Sequence record: SRR16203515_1468 | Direction: 5' to 3' (one strand) | DNA length: 47,298 nt | Shown: positions 31,027 through 38,286 of the stretch, piece after piece | How positions within the stretch are numbered: the first letter of the stretch is position 1 | Layout of the letters: each line of letters starts with the position of its first letter | Notes under the pieces: generated by a model | The model's database searches: none | What the model was told of the DNA's origin: nothing | What the model saw: only the letters and a program-made list of their open reading frames with translations | Program-made: the position numbers and the translations under genes

Positions 31027-31961
31027 GTAAACGTTATCGCTGGGCAATTACGCTAGTGAGTCTTAGTCTGCTCATTAGCCTTGCAGCCTATGCGCTGCCA
31101 CAGCCACTTTCTCTTAAACCCTTTAGTAAAGGCAATTACCTCGTTAAAAAAGGCGCCTACGATCAAGCGGCTACACATTGGCATCAGCTCAGTATTCAAT
31201 TTATGGGTAATTCACAAAACCTTTCTCCACAGCAAATGTGGCAAGGCGCCGGTCTCGCGGCCTCTCTAGCAGCCATTGCCGCCGATAAAGCTCAAGATCC
31301 AATAGCCTATCAATACTGGGCTGATAGTACCCGCTATTTACTCACAGGTGGAACAAACTGGTCGCAGTTACAACAGCAATTACATCAACGTTTTGAAACA
31401 GCTAACACCCAACTGTCAGTCGCGATGCAAGTGAATGACATTAATGCTGGTATAGATGCGTCACTGGATCTGGAGCTTAGCGTATTACAAGTATGGGATG
31501 ACAAATTAGCCGTTTTTGAATTTATGTCTCCGCGACTTGGACTCAACCGTCTAGAGCAAAATAGCGATATAACGGCTGTAGTTGCTACCCCCTATTCGGC
31601 AGAACAAATCCAGCAAAACGCGCAACACAGTGGTGAGAAAAAACTATCAGGGCTCCAAACTAATGTATCGCAGACACCTGCTTTTACCATTGCGCCAGTT
31701 TTAGCAGAAGACACGCTTACAAAATCTGTCGAGCAAGAAAATTTACCGCAACAACAAACAGAACAAGTTAACTCATCTGCGACAGAAATATCAGCTGCTG
31801 CACAACAAAGTCCAATGGCTAAAGGAAATCTGTTACCAACACAAAACCCTCAAGTTGAAGCAAAACAAAAACGCCAAATTGAGCCTATCCCATCTCAGCC
31901 AGAATCACAGCCAGCGAAAACAGACCAGCAAGAAAAGCCCTCAGAGAAAAACCGGAACTAA
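31023..31961 (+). CDS. Exported helical (TPR-like) protein with Q/E/P-rich C-terminal tail
   Basis: ATGA overlap with the previous stop; signal peptide; Ala-rich helices then a low-complexity tail. Confidence 0.6.
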   Translation: MSKRYRWAITLVSLSLLISLAAYALPQPLSLKPFSKGNYLVKKGAYDQAATHWHQLSIQFMGNSQNLSPQQMWQGAGLAASLAAIAADKAQDPIAYQYWADSTRYLLTGGTNWSQLQQQLHQRFETANTQLSVAMQVNDINAGIDASLDLELSVLQVWDDKLAVFEFMSPRLGLNRLEQNSDITAVVATPYSAEQIQQNAQHSGEKKLSGLQTNVSQTPAFTIAPVLAEDTLTKSVEQENLPQQQTEQVNSSATEISAAAQQSPMAKGNLLPTQNPQVEAKQKRQIEPIPSQPESQPAKTDQQEKPSEKNRN

Positions 31962-32104
31962 AAGCAATTTACACAAGACAAATCGCCTAGAAACTTGCTG
32001 TTTTTTAAATCTATTACTAGCCTAATAGGTAACGGCTAGATTCTATTTCTAAATAGTTTTGCCGCCGTTTAACAGGAAGAGCAGCACCATAGAAAGGACT
32101 CGTT

Positions 32105-33382
32105 ATGATGACCCCCAGAGAAGATCTAGAGCAACTTTACCGCGCGGCAAGCAACCAGTTTGACCTAACCGAAGCTTCTCACCAAGAGGCGCTGCTAGAA
32201 TTAGCAGACTCTTTACTCGATCTGCAACGAACTCCGCCAGAGCAGCTGATTTTGCTATCGCAAAAAGAGGACTGCCCGCTAGCCTTTCGTCTTGCAGTTA
32301 AGCTTGTGCTTTCAAGACAATATGCCGAACAAATTAAACAACCAATCACAGTGGGTGTCGTCTTTGCTATGTGGGGAGAACACCATAGATTATTGGGTAA
32401 ATCCAGCAACAACCCTAACGGTGAAAACTCATTGCTAACCAAAGTCAATCAATTAGATTGGATCTGCCGCGACACCCCCATCGACTGGCGCTTATATCCA
32501 GTTGACGATGGCTGCCCTCACGCAAGTTTCGATATCGCTACTCGGATAGCCGAAAACTCGGTCCAAAGCGCTAAAATTCAGGTACTAAAACTCAGCGATG
32601 GCATTAAGCTTGAGCACGGCCCTTTGGCAAACCTGCAGCATGTTGATGACTCCAAAAAAGGCGGCGCGATTATTCACGGCTGTGTAAAAGCCTTAGAAGA
32701 CAATGTCGATGCAGTGCTATATACCGATGCGGATAACTCAGTGCATATGGGGCAATTAGGCCTAATACTGCAGCCCTTTATTGAGCAACATGCACAAGTC
32801 GTACTGGGCAACCGAAAACATCCAATGTCAGTGTTGGTAAAACAAGAACAACGCTGGGGAGTAGGGATCAAGACTCTGCGCCATATGCAAAGAATGGTCG
32901 GTTCGAGTATCTTCTCTAAAGGCATTCACGATACACAAGCGGCCTATAAACTGTTTAGCCGTGAAGCACTTTTTTGCATTTTAGCTAAACCAAGCGTATT
33001 TGATTTTTCATTCGATACTGATTGGATTCTAGCGGCTATGCAGCACAACCTAAAAATAGATACTATCCCCTTTGCTTTTGTTGATTCAGCAGCTGAATCA
33101 GCCTCTATCACTCAAGGGCCCATGAGTACTTGGTTAACCTTGTTACAGGGGCTCGTTACCGCCCTAAGAGCTAGAAATATTTATTACAGTAAAGAGATGG
33201 CACAAGTGATTGATGAGCATGTTAGAACTGCTGAAGATCTTGAATTAATCAGAGATACGCTACCCGATGAATTACTGGATGCCAAAGACTGCGAGCTTGG
33301 CAATGAGGCCTTAATGACCCCACTGGCATTATCCACTTGGTTAGCCAAGGTCAAAGCGGCGCCATTTGAGTCCAGCTTATAA
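32105..33382 (+). CDS. Soluble GT2 glycosyltransferase, Alg5/Dpm1 (polyprenyl-phosphate glycosyltransferase)-like
   Basis: VDDGC, KGGAI, YTDAD, GNR, DTQAAYKLF, FSFDTD. Confidence 0.75.
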   Translation: MMTPREDLEQLYRAASNQFDLTEASHQEALLELADSLLDLQRTPPEQLILLSQKEDCPLAFRLAVKLVLSRQYAEQIKQPITVGVVFAMWGEHHRLLGKSSNNPNGENSLLTKVNQLDWICRDTPIDWRLYPVDDGCPHASFDIATRIAENSVQSAKIQVLKLSDGIKLEHGPLANLQHVDDSKKGGAIIHGCVKALEDNVDAVLYTDADNSVHMGQLGLILQPFIEQHAQVVLGNRKHPMSVLVKQEQRWGVGIKTLRHMQRMVGSSIFSKGIHDTQAAYKLFSREALFCILAKPSVFDFSFDTDWILAAMQHNLKIDTIPFAFVDSAAESASITQGPMSTWLTLLQGLVTALRARNIYYSKEMAQVIDEHVRTAEDLELIRDTLPDELLDAKDCELGNEALMTPLALSTWLAKVKAAPFESSL

Positions 33383-33425
33383 CCTCAACAAATACATTGG
33401 ATGTAGCCAAGCAAGGAAGCGAGTG

Positions 33426-33752
33426 ATGATAAAAATTGAAGAACTTAAGGCAATATGCGGTGATGATGACTCTATGGTGGAAATGCTGCTGAACCTATAC
33501 ATGGAAGAATATGGTCAATGCGATAGTGTCATTCAACAAAGGTACACGAGTGACGATCTCGATGGTTTGTTCAAAATATCCCATGAATTAAAAGGTATGT
33601 TTAGCAATCTCTGTGCGCAAGATGCTATGACTTTAGCCCAAATCGTAGAGTCTAGCTCACAAGCAGGTACATTACCGGAAGAGAGCGCCATCAAAGATCT
33701 ATGCCAAGAAATTCGTGCAATTAATCAGCAAATCAACACTATATTAGCCTAA
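33426..33752 (+). CDS. Stand-alone Hpt phosphotransfer protein
   Basis: FKISHELKGMFSNL His motif; AAGGA RBS before GTG/ATG at 33423/33426. Confidence 0.85.
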   Translation: MIKIEELKAICGDDDSMVEMLLNLYMEEYGQCDSVIQQRYTSDDLDGLFKISHELKGMFSNLCAQDAMTLAQIVESSSQAGTLPEESAIKDLCQEIRAINQQINTILA

Positions 33753-33771
33753 GTAATGATTCAGTGATGGC

Positions 33772-35253
33772 ATGCCCACAACTCACCACTCAAGCTATTA
33801 TTTCTTGGTTTTCCTGTTCGCGGCACTATTAAATACTTGTGCCGCGGCTTCAGGTTCTGAGTTGCCAGCCCAACCACAAACCATTTCACGTAATTTACAA
33901 CATGCAAAAGACTCACCTCCAGTAATCATCCACTTTCAACGCCGAGCGGTGATCCCGAAGGTTAGTCATGACTCAGAATTAGTCATTCAAGCAGTTCAAA
34001 CTAATCAGACTAAACAAGCATCCACGAAAATTTCCCCAACAGTTGCCGAGCTAACCCCAGCTAAGCACACAGCCGTTATTGAGTTAACTCGCCATGAAAA
34101 ATTACTCATCAATAAAGCCAAACGCTATTTTGATAGAAACTGGAATGCAACGACAGGTTTGATTGATTCAGTACAAGGCTACACTCACGCAACCATGTGG
34201 GATGTCGCTAGTGGTATCGGCGGATTATTAGCGCTTGAAGCACTATCTGAAAACTCGCAACAACTCACGGAATTCAGGCTCGAAAAAATGCTCGATACGC
34301 TACTCGAGTTGCCGCTATACAAAGCGACCTTACCCAATAGACAATATAATACTCGTACAGCTCAGCCCTCAGGCAGAATGAGTCAAACAGCTGCTAATGG
34401 TAATGGCTGGTCTGCACTAGACTTAGGCAGGCTGTATATTTGGCTGGAAATACTCAAGCGCCACAAACCTTTTCTGGCCAATAAAATACACCAACTCAAA
34501 TCTAAGTGGTTGCTTGAGCGTGCTACTCACAAGGGCAACTTATACGGCACTAAGCTGACCTCTAAAAAAGAATACTTTCGCCAAGAAGGCCGTTTAGGCT
34601 ATTTACAATATGCTGCAACCGGCTACCAACTTGCGGGCCTAAATGTTGCTACCGCTTTTGAATGTGACAAACTCGAAACCACTGAATTGGATGGTATTAA
34701 GCTGCTTATTGATAAAGGCAATTTACCCTTTTTCACTTTAGACCCTTACCTACTCTACGCCATAGAAATAGGCTATGAGGAATCATGCTGGAATCAGCTT
34801 TTATCTCTATATCAATTGCATAAACAAAATGCGCAAACGACTAGCAAACTCTCAGCCTACGCTGAAGACTCGTTAAACAAAGCACCTTGGTTTTTATACA
34901 ACAATATCACTTACCAAGGTAAGCCTTGGCAAAGTGTATCTCACTCAGGCAAAGCTGTTAGTTACCCACAAACCTTTAGCAATAAAGCGGCATTTGCTAT
35001 GAGCGTTCTTTTTGATGAAGCCTATAGCCAACAGCTTGCCGATCTCGTTATTAGTAATAGCGCTCGTCATAACGTTATCCCAACTGGCCTTTATGCCAAC
35101 GGTAAAACAAATACCGCCTATAATATAAATACTAACTCACTGATCTTAGTCAGTCTTTGGTATAAATCTCGCGCCCAGCGGGCAATTCTCCCCTCCTTGG
35201 GGCAACGAGAGACTAAACAAGAAACTACGGCTATATCAGCCATAAACCATTAA
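33772..35253 (+). CDS. DUF3131 family exported protein, paralogue 4 (divergent)
   Basis: Signal peptide; YFDRNWNATTGLIDSV, TMWD, LPNRQYNT, GWSALDLGR, QEGRLGYLQYA, NINTNSLIL. Confidence 0.75.
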   Translation: MPTTHHSSYYFLVFLFAALLNTCAAASGSELPAQPQTISRNLQHAKDSPPVIIHFQRRAVIPKVSHDSELVIQAVQTNQTKQASTKISPTVAELTPAKHTAVIELTRHEKLLINKAKRYFDRNWNATTGLIDSVQGYTHATMWDVASGIGGLLALEALSENSQQLTEFRLEKMLDTLLELPLYKATLPNRQYNTRTAQPSGRMSQTAANGNGWSALDLGRLYIWLEILKRHKPFLANKIHQLKSKWLLERATHKGNLYGTKLTSKKEYFRQEGRLGYLQYAATGYQLAGLNVATAFECDKLETTELDGIKLLIDKGNLPFFTLDPYLLYAIEIGYEESCWNQLLSLYQLHKQNAQTTSKLSAYAEDSLNKAPWFLYNNITYQGKPWQSVSHSGKAVSYPQTFSNKAAFAMSVLFDEAYSQQLADLVISNSARHNVIPTGLYANGKTNTAYNINTNSLILVSLWYKSRAQRAILPSLGQRETKQETTAISAINH

Positions 35254-35354
35254 AAAATAATATGGCGGTAGCAGCCACAATCACTGCAAGATACACAGTA
35301 TATAATCATTTATAGGGAGCGCAGGCAGCAAGCGCATTCAGGCAAGGAAGCAGA

Positions 35355-36374
35355 TTGACTCAACGTTTAATGTGGAAAAACAGTAGCAATACTAAAGTTG
35401 TTACCTTGCTAGGTATCAGTTCTCTGCTCACATTTTCGAGCAGCGCCGCTGAGCACCAAACTCAAATGGCTAAACATGCTCCTAAGAGTAATCCTGCAGC
35501 CATTATCAATGCGCCTCCAACACCTACCACAGATAATCCAAGTGAGAGCGAAGCTGAGCTAGTTTGGAAAGGGATAAGTAGTTCGTTTATGCTGCCTATC
35601 GAAGAGTGGGATGCTGATATACCTTGGTACAAGCGTTGGAGTGCTAGCATCAACCTAGGCTATCCGTTAGTAGACACGCCGGCAGTATTACCCGCAAACT
35701 CGACCACTGGACCAAGTAATCAAAACTTCACCGCTAGCCTGTCATTAAAATATGCCATCATAGGTAATTGGTTTGTTTCAGCCACCGCTTATCACTATTT
35801 TGATAAAGATCTGCAGCAAGCGTGGAACCCGGACTTTACCTATGTGTTTGGTTATAGCGACTGGCGACCATATACATTTAGCCTGCTCTACTCAAATTAC
35901 GGTGGTAACCGCTTCAACCCAAGCGATGGGGTTAAGCGCACAGAGTTCTCGCAAGGAACTTGGTCATTAGGTTGGAAGTTTCCTGTGACTAAACCCTTTA
36001 TTGACTGGCTATCGTTTACTGATGATGGCGCTATTGGCTGCCAAATTGATTATAACTACACGCCTGAGTATTTCGATTTAGAAAGTGTTGAATATAAAAC
36101 GCAACATCAAACCGTTAGTTTAGGTTGTAAGTATTCCATTGTCGGGAATTGGTATGTCAACGCAACGGCATTTTATTATTTAGATAGTACGCAGAAACAG
36201 CCCTGGAACCCCGACTTTACTTATGGCTTTGGCTACTTTGACTGGCGCCCAGGCACGATTACTGTGCAATACAATAACTACTCAGGTAATCGCTGGAATA
36301 GTGCAGATAGAGGACCTGATACCGGCCGCTTTAAAGATGGCTCCATCAGCATTAGTTACTCATTCAAGTTCTAA
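35355..36374 (+). CDS. Outer-membrane beta-barrel-like protein with internal two-fold duplication
   Basis: Signal peptide; two repeats KY.I.GNW.V.ATA..Y.D...Q..WNPDFTY.FGY.DWRP.T....Y.NY.GNR; C-terminal SYSFKF. Confidence 0.7.
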   Translation: MTQRLMWKNSSNTKVVTLLGISSLLTFSSSAAEHQTQMAKHAPKSNPAAIINAPPTPTTDNPSESEAELVWKGISSSFMLPIEEWDADIPWYKRWSASINLGYPLVDTPAVLPANSTTGPSNQNFTASLSLKYAIIGNWFVSATAYHYFDKDLQQAWNPDFTYVFGYSDWRPYTFSLLYSNYGGNRFNPSDGVKRTEFSQGTWSLGWKFPVTKPFIDWLSFTDDGAIGCQIDYNYTPEYFDLESVEYKTQHQTVSLGCKYSIVGNWYVNATAFYYLDSTQKQPWNPDFTYGFGYFDWRPGTITVQYNNYSGNRWNSADRGPDTGRFKDGSISISYSFKF

Positions 36375-36401
36375 CACTCCACTCGCTAGCAATCTAGATT
36401 A

Positions 36402-36659
36402 TCATTTCAAACGATTAAATATCTTTTGCTGGCAGTGAGGACAAAAATAAGAATGCCGATGGATCTTAGCGTGGCACTCTGGACAAGGAAGCTTTCGGCG
36501 GTCTTTACTGAATAAAAGTAATAACACGCCAATTGGTCCCAATACATAACCTAATAGCGCCCCTGCTACAACATTGCCCTTGCTATAACCAATAACGGTT
36601 GAGAGCACTAGCATTGCCAAGTAAAAAACTAGCCAAAATAGAATGTTATCCATAATCAA
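36402..36659 (-). CDS. Small membrane protein with C-terminal zinc ribbon
   Basis: Two TM segments then CPEC...CPHC. Confidence 0.7.
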   Translation of the reverse strand: MIMDNILFWLVFYLAMLVLSTVIGYSKGNVVAGALLGYVLGPIGVLLLLFSKDRRKLPCPECHAKIHRHSYFCPHCQQKIFNRLK

Positions 36660-37693
36660 AATACAAAATTGATGCTGAGGGTCACTAAATCAACATCTGA
36701 GCTTTCATCGTATTCAAGGGGCGATGTAATAAATTGCCCCCGATTTCCCTCCTCGCTGGAGAAGACCATTTGGTACTCTAAATTTAACGAAATGGTGGAT
36801 GTCGCATCGTATCTAACGCCCGCAGTTACCCCTTTACTCTTGCGGGACTGATGACTTTCGGCGTAGGTTAAATAAGGAGAGAAATCATCAAAGGTATAGA
36901 TCATAGAGGCATACCAATTAGCTTGAATACGATCAACCTCAACCTCTGCCATCCATAACCATGACTCATAACTGTATTCCGCACCTAAGGTGTAAATATC
37001 AAGTTTTTCAGTTACAGGAAAGGGGCGTTGAGTATATTTAACTTGCATATAGCCACTGTGAACTCGGTAATTGAAGCCAACTAAGTCCACATACATTCCG
37101 GCCATATATTCGGTATCAAACTCTAACTTTAGATTACCTAAATCCACTTCATTTAAGCGTTCAAATCCATAATAAGGTGACACGGTTAGCTGCAAACCAT
37201 CAGATAACTCGTAGTTCCAGGCGAGTGATAAACCATCGTATGAAGTGAAGCCCAAAATACTGTCATAAACTTCTTGTGGCGGGCGAGCCCAAGGATAAGC
37301 TTGTCCCACATAATAGTACTCAGAGGCCAAAAATAGTGGCAACCTCAATCGCCCTGCTCTTACCTCAAACTCGTTGTGCTCATAAGATAAGTAAGCCCAT
37401 TCAAGCTCAGGATCGCTCCATTTATCTTGAGTGCGTTTAACCACTTGGCCAGAGGCCGCAAAACCATCAAAAATATCCACATCTAACTGCAAACCAAAAA
37501 CCGTATCGCAGTCATAACAAGCTTCATCAGTAATTTCGCGACTAATGAATAATGGCATGCGATTGTCAGTTTTACTGATTGCAGTAGAGCCAAAACCACT
37601 TAGGTTAATATTATCGGTGAGCTCAATAGCAGCCATTGCAGGGCTAAGCAGCAACATAGGTAAAGCAAAAGCGGCAATTCGACGAAATAACAT
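36656..37693 (-). CDS. Porin-like outer-membrane protein
   Basis: Signal peptide; LSGFGS, LEWAYLSY, AGRLRLPLFLASEYYYVG.AYPWARPPQEVY; ends NFVF. Confidence 0.75.
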   Translation of the reverse strand: MLFRRIAAFALPMLLLSPAMAAIELTDNINLSGFGSTAISKTDNRMPLFISREITDEACYDCDTVFGLQLDVDIFDGFAASGQVVKRTQDKWSDPELEWAYLSYEHNEFEVRAGRLRLPLFLASEYYYVGQAYPWARPPQEVYDSILGFTSYDGLSLAWNYELSDGLQLTVSPYYGFERLNEVDLGNLKLEFDTEYMAGMYVDLVGFNYRVHSGYMQVKYTQRPFPVTEKLDIYTLGAEYSYESWLWMAEVEVDRIQANWYASMIYTFDDFSPYLTYAESHQSRKSKGVTAGVRYDATSTISLNLEYQMVFSSEEGNRGQFITSPLEYDESSDVDLVTLSINFVF

Positions 37694-37695
37694 GG

Positions 37696-38184
37696 CTACT
37701 CTCCCTGTGGCACGGTTATTAATATGTTCACTTCTTCAGGTACTGACTCAATAGGCGCATAAGCAATACCATTAGGATTATCGTTTAACCATTTTAAAAT
37801 TTGCTTGATATCGTCACTATCTAGTTCTTCAGGTGGGGAGCCCTTGCCAGAAAAAGCCAGCCCAGCCCAATAGCCATTCATTTGAGAAACGGACTTACCT
37901 AATAACATTTTATAGAAGTCTTCACGATGAATAGACGCCTCGGGCAAATCGACCAAAACGATCTTTAAACTACCTGAGATCCGCTTTGACTTTCCGCGAT
38001 AAAGCATACGTGCTTTGCTTTTACTTAACGGTGGCAAATCATTGTTTAAACTAAAAATTGCAAATTCGACATCGCCATTTTCAGCAACAACGGCTGACGC
38101 GTTAACTGAGGCGAAAAGGAATAGAAGTACGACAAAAAACGAGCGGTATAGCAGCCGTATCAGCCTGTTTAGTCCCTTAAACAT
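37696..38184 (-). CDS. Small periplasmic protein resembling a single phosphate-binding-protein-like domain
   Basis: Signal peptide; FY..LLGKS..QMNGYWAGLAFSGKGSPP, NPNGIAY. Confidence 0.6.
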   Translation of the reverse strand: MFKGLNRLIRLLYRSFFVVLLFLFASVNASAVVAENGDVEFAIFSLNNDLPPLSKSKARMLYRGKSKRISGSLKIVLVDLPEASIHREDFYKMLLGKSVSQMNGYWAGLAFSGKGSPPEELDSDDIKQILKWLNDNPNGIAYAPIESVPEEVNILITVPQGE

Positions 38185-38286
38185 TAAAAACCCTCAGTCC
38201 TAGATAGTTTTGTACTATGCTGAATATAGTAAAGCCTAGTTTAAACCACAAGATAACCGCTAACTTGTTCAATTCATGGAGCAGAA

